Assembly (NCBI GenBank): GCA_964016885.1
Contig: OZ024740.1
Coordinates: forward strand, 182,838,001 to 182,902,000
DNA: 64,000 bases
Reading direction: 5' to 3'
Source of the DNA: Eledone cirrhosa
Lineage: Eukaryota
Below the pieces are notes generated by a model. It saw nothing but the letters and a program-made list of their open reading frames with translations, ran no database searches and was not told where the DNA came from. The position numbers and the translations under genes are program-made. Positions within the stretch are counted from its first letter, which is position 1, and every line of letters begins with the position of its first letter. Of the stretch, positions 10,896-23,423 are shown piece after piece.

Positions 10896-13800
10896 CATCA
10901 TCATCATCATCATTTTACGTCCGCTTTTCCCTGCTTGCAAGGGTGGGACGGGTCTTATTCAGCACAGCATCTCTCCACTCGTCACGGTCCCTCGTCATCT
11001 CCACCGTGAGCTTCAATGATCTGAGGTCTGTTCTCACCACCTCCGCCCATGTTTTTCGTGGTCTACCTCTACCACGTCTTCCTTCAACTGGCATTCCTGG
11101 CACTTCTTCACCCATCGGTCATCCTCCATGCGCATCACATGTCCATACCACCTCAGTCTCCTCTCCCGTACACTACATTCTATCCCTCTCAGACACAGTT
11201 TCTCTCTCAACACATTTATGCTGGGTCGTTCACGCACATTTACACTGCACATCCAACGGAGCATGCTTGCCTCATTTCTCTCCAGCCGTCGCATATCTTC
11301 TGCGGTTGCTGCCCATGTCTCACTACCATGCAGCATCGCGCTCCTCACACAGGCATCATACAACCGGCCTTTTGTACGCAGGGAGAAACCCTTCTTCGTC
11401 AACAGAGGAAGCAGCTCCCTAAACTTCTTCCAACCCGTCCTTATTCTAGATACTATGGCCTCGGAACACCCTCCTCCCATGCTAATCTGACCACTTCTAT
11501 AGCGCCCTCTCGCATTTGAAAAATGTGTCTATCAGTGCGACTTCTACTGTCTAATTTCCCTGTACATCTACTGCATACATATTTCTCCCTACCTGTTAGT
11601 TTGCCTGCTATCCCGCTACATCTCTTGTGTACCCAGGACCTACATTGTGTGCATTTTATAGAATTTATGCCAGTTCCTTTTCTGCATATCGAACATGGCC
11701 ATTTCCCTGACGGAATCAGGGTTTTGTCCTCTTTTCTACTCATCAACACTTTTGTCTTAGCTAGATTTACTCTCAGTCCTCTTGCTTCCAACTGCTGTTT
11801 CCATAGCCGGAATTTATTCTCTAGCTCCTCTACTGATTCTGCCATAAGAGCCAGATCGTCAGCATAGAGAAGTTCCCATGGACAGCCAGTCTTAAACTCC
11901 TCTGTTATGGCTTGGAGGACTATAATGAACAAGAGCGGGCTGAGGACCGAACCCTGATGTACTCCTACTTGTATCTGGAATTCCTCACTAAACTCCATTC
12001 CTACCCTGACTTTACTGAGAGTACCTCTGTACAAAGTTTGCACTGTCCTCACAAGCCATTCCTCAACACATAGTTTCCTTAGGGACCACCAGATGACAGA
12101 TCGGGGTACCCTATCAAAGGCCTTCTCTAGGTCAACAAAGGCTAAGTATAGTGGCTTATTCTTCTCTAAGAACCTCTCTTGCATTTGTCTCACCAAGAAG
12201 AGGGCATCTGTTGTACTCTTCCCAGGCACAAAACCAAACTGCATCTCATCTAGTTTGACCCTTTCTCTAATTAGTTGTGCTAAAATCCTTTCTGCCACTT
12301 TCATAACCTGATTCATCAGTTTTATACCCCTATAATTGCTCCTCTCCAAAGCATCCCCTTTACCTTTGTAGCAATTTATGAGAATACTGCTGCACCAGTC
12401 TTTGGGTATGACACCACCATATATAGCCTGATTGATGATGCGTGCAACCAGTTTAGTGCCTACATCCCCTGATGCCTTCAGCATCTCAGCAACTATTCCC
12501 GATGGTCCGGCCGCCTTACCATTTTTCATTTCCCTAATCGCCTCTTGGACCCTATATTCGTCAATCTCAATAGCTGGTCCCTCTGTCGGATCTACCAAGG
12601 GTAATTTCTCTCTCTCCCATTCGTTCTCCACATTCATCAGTCTCTCATAATGACATTTCCAGACCTCCTTTTTCTGGTCATTCGTGACACTAAGTACACC
12701 GGCATCATCCCGGACACATTTATCACCAACAACATCCTGATTTGCATTGACACACTGCCTTGCAATGTGGAACACCGCACGCCTCTGATCTTCCTGTCGC
12801 AGAACATTGGCAAACCTCCTACTCTCTACCTCCCTGCGTGCTAAATACACCTGACGTCTAGCTTCTCTCTTAGTGGCTGTATATTCTTCCCTACTCCCAC
12901 CCTTTTTCCAAGCCTTCCATGCTAGTCTTTTGTCTCTAATAGCCTTATCTACTGTGCTGTTCCACCACCAGGTCACTCTCTGTCTGGTTGGAGCTCTGCT
13001 CCAGCCACAGGTTTCATCAGTAGCCTTCAGCAAGTTGTCACGTAAGAACTTCCAGTTATTATCTATGTCATACGTCTCTAAATCGTCTTCTTTTTCGTCA
13101 TATATATCTTGAAGGGCTTTCCTAAATTTGAATTTTAGTGAAAGGTCTTTTAGCTTCCAGACCTTTCTTCTCCACGCCTTCCTATATGTCTCATTCCATC
13201 TCTTGCTTACTGAGATATCACTAACAACTAACCTATGCTGTGGGGTACATTCTTCCCCAGGGTATGCCTTGGTATTAGACACTATCTGCCTGTCCCGCTG
13301 CCTAACTAGCGGGAAGTCAATCTGGCTTATGTGCTCACCAGATTTGTCGGTTATTAGGTGATTGGCAGGTTTCTGGAAGTTTGTGTTGCAAATAGTCAAT
13401 GTACTTGCATCACAAAATTCAAGAAGTCTCACTCCTTCTTCATTTCTTGAACCGTAACCGTGCCCACCATGTACCCCAGTGTAACCATCCTGGAGCTGTC
13501 CAACATGACCATTGAAGTCTCCTGCTAGCATAACGATGTCTCCGTCCTCTGTCATTGTGGTTGTTTGCAAAAGTTGCTCATAAAAGCAGTCTTTCTCATC
13601 TTTGCCTAGGCCTGCTTGGGGAGCATAGACCGAGATGATTGTCAGTAGTCTCCTACTTACAACTAATCTAAGCTTAATTATTCGATTACTAACTCGAACT
13701 ACCTCTATTGTCTTATTGATCCATTTCTCAGCCAGGAAAATGCCTACTCCCACTAACCCATCATCCTTACCTACCCAGAATAGCTTATAGCTAAGACGCT

Positions 13801-14050
13801 TGCCTACGACTAGTCTCGCAGAGGTACCTCTCCATCTCACCTCTTGCACGCAGCACACATCCACCTGCCTTCTCTCCAGCATCTCCGCTATTTCAGCAGA
13901 TCTACCTCTGAGAGTGCCAACATTAAGTGTTGCAACTCTGAGATGCGACGTCTTCATATTTTTCTATGCTGTTTTGTTACTGTGCTGATAAGCTTTTTGG
14001 CATTGATACACTGGTTGGATGCCCTTCCTAACACCAGCGCCACTTTACAG
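10894..14050 (-). mobile_element. Near full-length RTE-clade LINE with (TGA)n tail
   Basis: 5' UTR, single APE-RT ORF, 3' end ...GGAAAAGCGGACGTAAAA(TGA)n; inserted in (TA)n. Confidence 0.95.
10915..13957 (-). pseudogene. RTE APE endonuclease-reverse transcriptase (834 aa open, then two frameshifts)
   Basis: ATLNVGTL..CVQE..YAPQ..GDFNGHVG..QID..QHRLV; RT FVDLEKAFDRV, GVHQGSVLSPLLF, YADD; continues in 11034..11480 (MLHGSETW) and 10915..11115 (GRGRPRKTW). Confidence 0.95.
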
Positions 14051-14179
14051 CATGCACAAACATATATATATATACATATATTACCGACAGTACTGATACA
14101 AAATCAAAATCAAAGTCAAAATCGTCAAAATCACTATCATGTCAATTGTTGACCTTTCCCAGTCCAGTTCGGCTTGTAT

Positions 14180-14530
14180 ATAATAACAATAACAATAATA
14201 ATTGTTTGCTTTACGCTGGTAATGGCGGTGGTGGATGGTGTCAGTGTGGTGGTGGTGGATGGTATCAGCGTGGTGGTGGTGGATGGTCAGTGATGGTGGT
14301 GGCAGTTGTTGGTGCTGTAGTTGTTATTGTAGTTGTTGCTGTTGTTGTTGTCCTTCATTTCACTGCTGCTGTTGCTGCAGACACTGGTGTTGATGCTGTT
14401 ATTGCTGTCGCATATATACAAATACATACACACACACACATTCAACACAGACGATGGTGTTGTTGATGTTGTTGTTGTTGTTGGTGTTGCTGCTGTTGTT
14501 GTTGTAGTTGTTGCTGTGTTGAAATCTGGT
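14180..14530. repeat. Compound trinucleotide low-complexity tract (GGT/GTT/GCT)n
   Basis: Directly visible. Confidence 0.85.
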
Positions 14531-14866
14531 CGCATCCACTGAGATATACATATACACACACATACACATATGTATATACACATACATACATCAAAAGAGA
14601 GTCAGCAGTATATCAACAAGGAACAGGACAGCGACCTTAGAGTAATGTGGTGATGGTGGGGAGCGAGTGAAAGACGTTATTGTTATTGTGGTGACGGGGG
14701 GGGGGGGGCGAGTCAGTGAGATGTTACAAGTTCATAGATCACTTCTCTCTTTTCCTCTCTCTTCAAAATTTTGAATTTATGGCCTTTTGCAATGGCGGAC
14801 AAGTATATATAATATATATATATGAAGCAAAGAAAAGAATATATATATACACATATATATATATAT

Positions 14867-15190
14867 GGTGAAGGCGCATGGCTTAGATGTTAGAGCATTG
14901 GCCTTGCAATGGAAAGATTGTGAGTTCAATTCTCAGACCGGTTGATGTGTTGTTTCATTGAGCAAGACACTTTATTTCAAATTGCTCCATTTTACTCAGC
15001 TGTAGAAATGGGGTCCCTATCATTCCACTGTAAAGTGGATGTGTAGGCGCCATGGATAAAAAGCACCCACACTCACTGTAAATGAAGTTGGTGTTAGGAA
15101 GGGCATCCAGCTGTAGAAATCAAGCCAGAATCAGTTCCCGTTCCACCCTTGCAAGCAAGGAAAAGCGGACGTAAAATGATGATGATGATT
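14867..15190 (+). mobile_element. tRNA-derived SINE with RTE-derived body and tail (second copy 58915-59252; headless copy ~47200-47335)
   Basis: A box TGGCTTAG..G, B box GAGTTCAATTC, TTGAGCAAGACACTT block, GGTGTTAGGAAGGGCATCC (also in the RTE 5' UTR at ~14017-14035 minus), and tail near-identical to the 3' end of the 10.9 kb LINE. Confidence 0.85.
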
Positions 15191-15981
15191 ATATATATAT
15201 ACACATATACACACAGACATTAACCCTTTCATTACCGTATTTCTAAAAAAAGACTCTGCCATTGATTTTTAGTTGATTTTGAATTAATCAATAATTTGTT
15301 AAGTACCTTTCTTATTACTTATCAACATTTTTGGTTATATTTTTAAATTATAATTCAACAAAGAATCTCACAAAAAAATATTATGGAAAGTTTTTGGATA
15401 TACATGAAACATTTTAATTCAGTTTTGTATAATAGATCCATAGGTGGCTAATTGGCAGAGTTATTAGAAGGTTTGATAGAGTGCCTTGTAGCATTCATTC
15501 TGGCTCTGTTCAATTCAATCTCAATTTAAAATGTACCAATCTAGTACCAATCTGTTGATTGTTCTGTATCTCTTTCTCACTTCTTTTCTCTTATTCTATA
15601 TCCTTCTCTGAAAGAAATCTGCTGTATTCAAGCCTTGGGAGGAGATGGGCTCTGCCAAGTTTAAAAATGCCCTAAGAAACACTGTATGTCAATAAGGTGT
15701 CCCTACAACTTTTTCATGAGTTATAGGTTCATACCATACTATGATAGATCCAGGGATAGTTTCAGCAGATTTCATATCTGAGCGTTAATGAACACATTGG
15801 TACATTTCAAAGGCCCAAGATAGTTTCATTTCGAATAATTTACATATTTTATCGCAAATATAATGAGTCTCGGAGATTTATACTAGATAAATATAACAAA
15901 ATAATGTTGGTGTATTATAAATACAATTGTTAAAAATAATTAGATTGAAAAGAAAGGAAAATATTTTGATATATTTAATTA

Positions 15982-17106
15982 TCTATATATTAATTTGAAC
16001 AACGTCAGTATTCCGTGTGTCATAATTCTCGATTATCATTGGTTCATAAGTTTCAAACGACTCCGCCCACCTCAACGACGCCAAACTTAAATTAATACGC
16101 ATAATGCCAATGAGGGAGTGAGAGGGGAGAGTAAGAAACGGAGAGGAAAATGAACGCTGTAACTATTACCATGTGTGCATGTGTATGTACGTGCCCGTAT
16201 GTTTATGTGTGTGTGCGTGCGTGCAGCGTTCCACAGAAAGTAAAAACCATCAACATGTATTAGTGTGTAAGTGTGTGTAAGTGCACGGGTGCGTGTGTAA
16301 GTTTGTGAGCGTGTGTGCGTTTCCATGCGTGTATGTGTGTGTACGTGGGGAGTTCAACAATCGCCATGCAGTTTATCTGTCTGTGTGCCTGTCTATCAGT
16401 CTAACATACACAGAGTTGTGAAGGGAGTAAATAGGGACATTTTTTTACATTGACGGACATCTTTTATATTTATTATTGTGTCATTTTTTGACAATTGCTC
16501 GAAATAAAAGAAATTCGACTTTATCAAACAGTGAACTACAGCGGCGACGGCGTGCAGCCAGGAATGAAGAAAAACGGGCTGAACAGCGCCACCGGAACGC
16601 CGAAATTCAGAGGCGAAGACGTGCCGCCATGAATGAAGAGGAGCTGGCTGAAGAACGCAAACCAAACACTGGAGCCAAGCAGCGAGGGCGTGCTGCGATG
16701 GTTGAAGACGAACTGGCTGAGCATCATCTTTTATATTAATTATCTATATCTATATCTACATATATATAATATAAAAGATTGGAACTTCCATCATCTTTTT
16801 GACAAACGTGGAACAACCACGTCTATGCAATGATACACGTTTTACAGTCAGGCAGAAGATGAACCATCTCCTAAAGGTCACTATTCTAGGTGGAAGCATC
16901 TAGAATTGTTCATATACCATGCACAAACGGTACAACGAAGAATCTGGTATATCTGGAATAATTTTTTTTACTGTTTTCTGTATCACACAGACACGACGGA
17001 CTCGCCTCATACTGTAACCAGACAAACATCCAATACAGTAATTTTCTCTTTTACCTGTCTTCTCTTATCATCTGTTTAACCGGGCAAAGCTGGGTACGTC
17101 AGCTAA
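15982..17106 (+). mobile_element. Non-autonomous Helitron-like element (possibly composite)
   Basis: A|TCTATATAT 5' end; 3' CCGGGCAAAGCTGGG imperfect hairpin then CTAA|T; second TCTATATC 5'-like end at ~16743; internal charged-repeat coding remnant. Confidence 0.65.
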
Positions 17107-18255
17107 TAATGCTTAATGTTGACTTAAGTTAATTAGTAATAAAATATGTTGCTCTTCTTAGCTTTTACAAAAAAGTCTTTGGAGAGTTGTATTTAATGTT
17201 GGTTTCAGAATATCAAAATATTAAAATCTACTTGTGAAATATAATAAATAAAAAGGTACGTTTAGGAAACACAACGTTTATTGCATGTTATATTCAGTAA
17301 CCATACCTAATTAGCTGAAATAATAGTGCATTAATTAGGAATATATATCACCAAAGAATAATTAGCCAAAATAATTTTTTGTAAATATGTTAATTTGTAT
17401 TTGCTTAACCATAATGCTATTGTACATCCTTCTTGCTGATTCTGTGACCACTATTTTGGTAAGTATGGAAGTCTAATGAAAACAAAACTAATACTGCCTG
17501 ATAAGATTTTGTGCCAAAAGTAGAAACAACTATATATTCTTATAGTATATATGCAGATGGAAATACCAATAGCAAGTACAGAGGGTTTTGGTACCTGATT
17601 TGTGGAGGCAATTAAATACAACGCTGTTTCCCATACTTGCTAAATTAAGGATCTCTATTCAGGTGTAAGGCAAATGATTTAAGTGTGTATGTTTTGATTA
17701 TATTTAACCAAATATGTGATTCATACATTGTTTTATTGACACCAGAAGAATGAAAAGCAAAGTTGACCTCAGCAGGATTTGAACTAAGAGAATGTAAATG
17801 GTTGTAATTAAATGCCACAAAGCATTTTCCTCCTGCTGTAACAATTCTGCCAATCCACCATCCTTCTACTTGCCAAAAACAACAACAAAGGAGTATTTAT
17901 TGAAATAACATCATCTTTTCCTCACTGCTCAATTGTTGCTTAAGAAAGAGAAAGGAAAAGTAAGACAAGAGAGGAACCCATATATTTAGTGAGACATTTT
18001 GAACAAAATGTCCTGTAATCCACAGAGAAACCTAGGTAGAATAAAGGTAAGAGCCCAGTGTGAAAAGATCCACTGAATATATATAGCATGTAAGATAGAC
18101 GTTAAACGATGATGATGATGATATATATATATATATAAGATAGTCGACTGAATACGCATGTGTATGTTTTTTTTTCTTCCCTATTTTATTCTCATTTTCC
18201 CTGTTCCTTCTTCTCATCACTGTTTACTTTCTATTTATCTTCTATTTTTAACTCT

Positions 18256-18292
18256 GTCTCTGATGAAAGACAAGTGTCTGAAACATTAGGAC
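18256..18292 (+). ncRNA. Minimal hammerhead motif
   Basis: GUCU-CUGAUGA-a-AGAC-aagu-GUCU-GAAAC-au-UA-GGAC. Confidence 0.55.
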
Positions 18293-18394
18293 TCTCTTCC
18301 TGCTATTTCAAGCATTAAACCAATATATTTCTTCCATGTACTTTGCCATTTATTTTGTTAATACTTTTACAGACACACGTATATATATGTATAT

Positions 18395-19680
18395 CATCAT
18401 CACCATCATCATTTTCGTTTTACGTCCATTCTTCCCTGCCAACATGGGTTAGATGGGTTGTCCTGTTGTGGACAGGGCCTGGTCAGCCGACCTTGTCTTG
18501 CCCATACAGGAACTGATTTTGGCTTGGTTTCTACAGCTGGATGCTCTTCCTAACACCAACCTCATTTACGCTGGATGCTGGATGCTTTTTTCTGTGGTGC
18601 CTACACGATCACTTTACAGTGTGGGCTGGGTGCTTTTTTGCCATGACACCTCCACGACCACTTTGTAGTGGGAGGTGGTGGGGGCATATTGTCTATATGC
18701 ATCGGCTTCGTCTTGTAACCATGGGAATTCGGGTCTTCTGTATTACTGAGTCACGCCAGAGGTCAGGGTCCTGTGTCATTGCCTTTGAGAGGTGCAATTA
18801 GGTAATGTCAGCTTTTATCACCTCATCCCAGGTCTTCTTGGTTCTCCCCATTCCACGGCTTCCATCGACTTCTAGTGCTCTGCACCTTTTCATGCAGCTG
18901 TCATCTTTCATACGCATCATGTGTCCATACCAATGCAATCTCCTCTCCTGCACACATCATTTGATTCCTCTTATGCTCAGTCTCTCTCTCGCAATTCGTT
19001 TGTGCTTTGCTGTTCACGTAAATTACTATTACACATCCATCGGAGCATGCAAGCTTTGTTTCTTTCTAATCTACGCAAGTCTTCTACACCCAACACCCAG
19101 GTCTCACTACCATGTAACATTGTTGTTCGTATGCACGCATCATACAGTCTGCCTTTCATTTTGAGGGAAAAGCCTTTTGCAGCTAGCAGTGGCAGAAGTT
19201 CCCTGAACTTCTTCCATTCCGTTCTTACCCTGGCTACTGTACTTTCCGAACACCCATCTCCGCTGCTAATTCGGTCACCTAAGTAGCAGAAGCTGTCTAC
19301 TGTTTCAACAGAGCCCGCCCAGTATTTGGTGGTGCTTGTTTCCTGCAGCCGTTTGCTGCTTGCTGTCCCAGTGCAGCAGCTGCATGTAAAGCCTACATTC
19401 TTAGCTAAGCTTCCTGAGCTCCCACTACATCTCTTGTGTACCCATTGTTTGCATTTGGGGCAGAAAATGGAGTTCCTACCTATAACTTTCCTACATACTG
19501 AGCAAGGCCATTCCCCTTAGGGGATCTGAGCTGTGTTTTCTCGTCTACTTACGACAACCCCAGTCTTTGTCAGGTTGACTTTGAGACCCTTTCTTTCTAG
19601 TCCCTGCTTCCATGTTTGGAATTTCTTCTCTAGTTTCAGCTATAAGATCATCCACATACACGAGTTCCCATGGGCATCTG
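18395..19680 (-). mobile_element. 5'-truncated RTE LINE (long-3'UTR family)
   Basis: Homologous to 60.1-61.4 kb: KGRLYDACIRTTMLHGSETW etc.; (TGA)n tail. Confidence 0.9.
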
Positions 19681-19683
19681 GTC

Positions 19684-19747
<64 letters not shown>

Positions 19748-19836
19748 ATCATCAATGTCGTTTTAACATCCCCTTTCTCTGCTTGCAAGGGGTTGATAGC
19801 TTCCCACATACCAAGTTAGTACTGTTCAATTAATAT

Positions 19837-19893
19837 CTGCCTGATGAGGTTATAACTGTTGCATAACAGTTATCATCGAAATATATTTGACAG
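19837..19893 (+). ncRNA. Hammerhead-like motif
   Basis: CUGAUGA-ggu.AUAACUGUU-gcau-AACAGUUAU.auc-GAAA-UAUA-UU; stem I weak. Confidence 0.5.
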
Positions 19894-20060
19894 CAATTGT
19901 GTAATGAATAAATGGGGTAAATTCTAACCTGTTGACTTATACTTCATTATTATAATTAAACTCCAGAGTACGTAGACTAACTTGCATACTTCGTTGAGTG
20001 CACTATCCTGTGTACACTAGTGTTGATTGTTTAACTAACAGACATTATACCAAATATATA

Positions 20061-20186
20061 TAGGGTGACCCAAAAGTCGCAATACATGAGAAATGTTTAA
20101 GTTTCCATATTTATTTATTCTGAATAAATTGTTTCGTATAAAACATAATTATTTTTTTAATGTATCGTGACGCTTGGGCCACCCTG
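20061..20186. mobile_element. Tc1/mariner-type MITE
   Basis: Imperfect ~27-bp TIRs (T/C)AGGGTG(A/G)CCCAA..ATACA flanked by TA. Confidence 0.7.
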
Positions 20187-20245
<59 letters not shown>

Positions 20246-22399
20246 GCAGGCACCCAACACACATTGTAAATGTGATTGGCATTAGGAAGGGCATCCAGCT
20301 GTAGAAATCTAGTCAGAAATATTTCTATATGAGCAAGACACGGTCACCAGACCCAACTTGCCTCAAATGGAACAAACGTCTAACCCATGCTATAATGATG
20401 ATGATGGTGGCCTCTTCCATTGAGAATAATGTCTGAGTATCCAGTTGATTTATCAACTAGACACCCTATGCAGTCTATTGATGAGCAAAGTGACTGTGTA
20501 TTTCGGGCATATGTACACCTTGTGTTATTTTCAATTATAATCTATGTGACACAATGTGACAGAGTTGGCTTATTGAATTACAAGTACAGGCCATCACGCA
20601 TGCTTCTACACTGCTTCCTACTGTTATATTTAATTCAGAAGGGATGTGTCTATGCCTGCTCATGATGCTATGCAATGGGATTGAACCAAGAAATTCATGA
20701 TTACAAAGCAAACTTCTTCTCCACTTGGCTCTGCCAGCAGCCATACTCAGGTGTTTTGATTGTTTATTTGCACTGAATACACTTTCAAATTTGATTAAAC
20801 TGATTAATATGCAAGTATACAGCATTTAATGCCTATTGGTTTACATACAAAAAGAATAATATCTAATATAAAAAATATATCGTAAACATTACAAGTGCTG
20901 AATTTTAACTATCTTCTCACATGTTAGCCGCTCCCTCTACTTAGTTTTTTACTCATGGGATGAACACTTATCTAAGAAAAATAAGAAGACTAATCTTTTT
21001 TAAATGTTTCCTTTTATACTTCTATTAAAATTTCAACAAGATATTTCTTTTTTAATTTTAAAATTTTCCACTTCAGATAAACTTTTTATAGATATTTTTC
21101 TGTCTTTCAATTTTTTTCTTATTAATATAGTTTTTATGATTTCATTTTTTTTTTTTAATATGAAGATTACTTAGTGTTGCTTTGTGTGATTAAATCCTAT
21201 TTTAATGCTAGGATAATATGTTTATGGTAAAATGCTGTAATCACTTTTATCATCATTGTTATTTTGTGCATCATTACCATCACTCCTCATTCTTTGATTT
21301 ATTGCTTTCATGCCTAGCATGTAAGAAATTACAGAAGCTAGAGTATTTAATTTTCATTGCCCATCTCCACTATTTTTTTTATGTATTTGTAAAATTTGGT
21401 CATTGAAAAAAAGAAATTATTTGTAAAATTTAGATACATGCTGTGAAATCTATTGGATATACACAAACAACAACCAAAGACATGGAAAATAAAGTACTAT
21501 AGGACTATATATACATGCCTAGTTAATTAGCAATATATTATTTCATATATTGGTAGCTGTAATAGTTAACTGGTAGTGCAAGACAGATAATATTGACCTT
21601 ACATTAGCTTGGCTGGTCACTTGGGAATCAAGCTTGATCAATTGGAGATGGTTGCTTATGACAGGACCTACTGGAATGAGTGTTTGAGGACTCTTCTCCC
21701 TTAATCCTTCACAGAATAAGTGGGTGGAGAAAACCTTACATATGAAAACAAATGATTGTTTTTATTTGTTAGCATTTTGTTTAATATTGAACTAAATATT
21801 GGAGTTCTATCTGTTTGGAAAGTGACTTTATCTTAGACTGTGTGTTAAAATTGAAGCAAATACAGAATGGAAGAGCGTATTAGGCTATTTAATCAGTTGG
21901 TATGAAATCAAATGGAAACCATCCCTAATACAATAGTGCTTCTTTTAATATTTTTATATTCATCTAAAATCTTTCTATATTAAAATTTATGTAAAAGCCT
22001 TAGTTGTGTTCCAGCACGAGTTTAATAAAGAGAAAGGTAGATGACTACATCTCTAAAAATTCTTGATTACTTTGTAGGTATCACAACAAAAAGTGCCCAG
22101 GCCAGACTGTAAATTGGCCATGTAGGTGTGATGGCAAAAAGCACCCAGTCGACACTGCAGATGTGGTTGGCGTTAAGAAAGGCATCCAGCTGTAAAACTA
22201 AGCTAGAATGAGTTCTTTATGAGCAAGACACGATTATCTGTCCTGATTTGTCTCCCAATGAGAGAACTTGCTTAACCCATGCTAGCATAGAACAATAGAC
22301 GTTAAATGGTGATGATGAAGATGATATATATATATATATATATATACATGCATGTACAGGAAAGCCTACTTTTGTCTGAGTATGGCCATTTCTCAAAAC

Positions 22400-22915
22400 G
22401 AAGAATAAAAAAGACATATAGACAACTGCAAATGAGACAAAATATGATAGCTAGGACCATCTGGAATGCACTTAAGAAAACAAAATTAAAAACAAATAAG
22501 GAGAAACATGTGATAAGTGGCACTAAAGAATACTGGTGGAACCTAAATAAAAGCTGCCACCAAATTAAAGCACAACCGTCCTGATATTGTTGTTTGGGAC
22601 AACACATTGAAAACATTCTCTGTTGTAGAGATCAGCTACTCACTTGATGTAAACGTTGTAAGAAAAATACAAGAGAAGGAGGACATCTACAGGCCATTGA
22701 CGAGGGGTTTGCAGATCCAGTATCCAAGATACACATTCAGCTTCATAGCCATCATTATTGGCGCTACAGTTTATATACCAACTAGCTTGGACTAAAGTAT
22801 AACTGAACTTGGAATTGTGGACAAAGAGCGCAGCTTTCTAATTCCTAGACTACAAATGGCACCGATAGCTGGCGCCTTCAAATTTTCCAAAACATTCTTG
22901 CAATTCAAGGGATGA
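22400..22915 (+). pseudogene. 3' fragment of a restriction-like-endonuclease LINE (R4/NeSL-like)
   Basis: MRQNMIARTIWNA..EYWWN..KLKHNRPDIVVWD..SVVEIS..D.NVVRKIQEKEDIY..PRYTF..IIIGA: typical RHD/NRPD/E..EK..Y REL motifs. Confidence 0.75.
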
Positions 22916-22994
22916 TAATTTCTTTTCTTTTACAACCTTGCCACCAGGAAGATGGCCAGTCAAAAGTGAACTCAAAATTAAGAGAAAGAGAAGC

Positions 22995-23043
<49 letters not shown>

Positions 23044-23356
23044 CATATATATGAACCTGAAGATTGCAAAAGCATCACGTACTTGTTCAATTAACACTTA
23101 ACATTTAATATTCTACCATACTATTTCATTATAATTGTTTCTACTTTAGGCACAAGGCCAGTAATTACTCAGTACATTACTGGTACTTTATTTAATCGAC
23201 CCCGTAAGGATGAAAGGCAAAGTTAACCTCGGCGGGATTTGTTCATTATAATATCATCATAATTTTAAAGGATTGTAAATAAAACGAGTAAATCAGACAA
23301 AGTTGGAATTCCTTTTATTAATACGTACATATATATATATATATATACAAACATAC

Positions 23357-23423
<67 letters not shown>

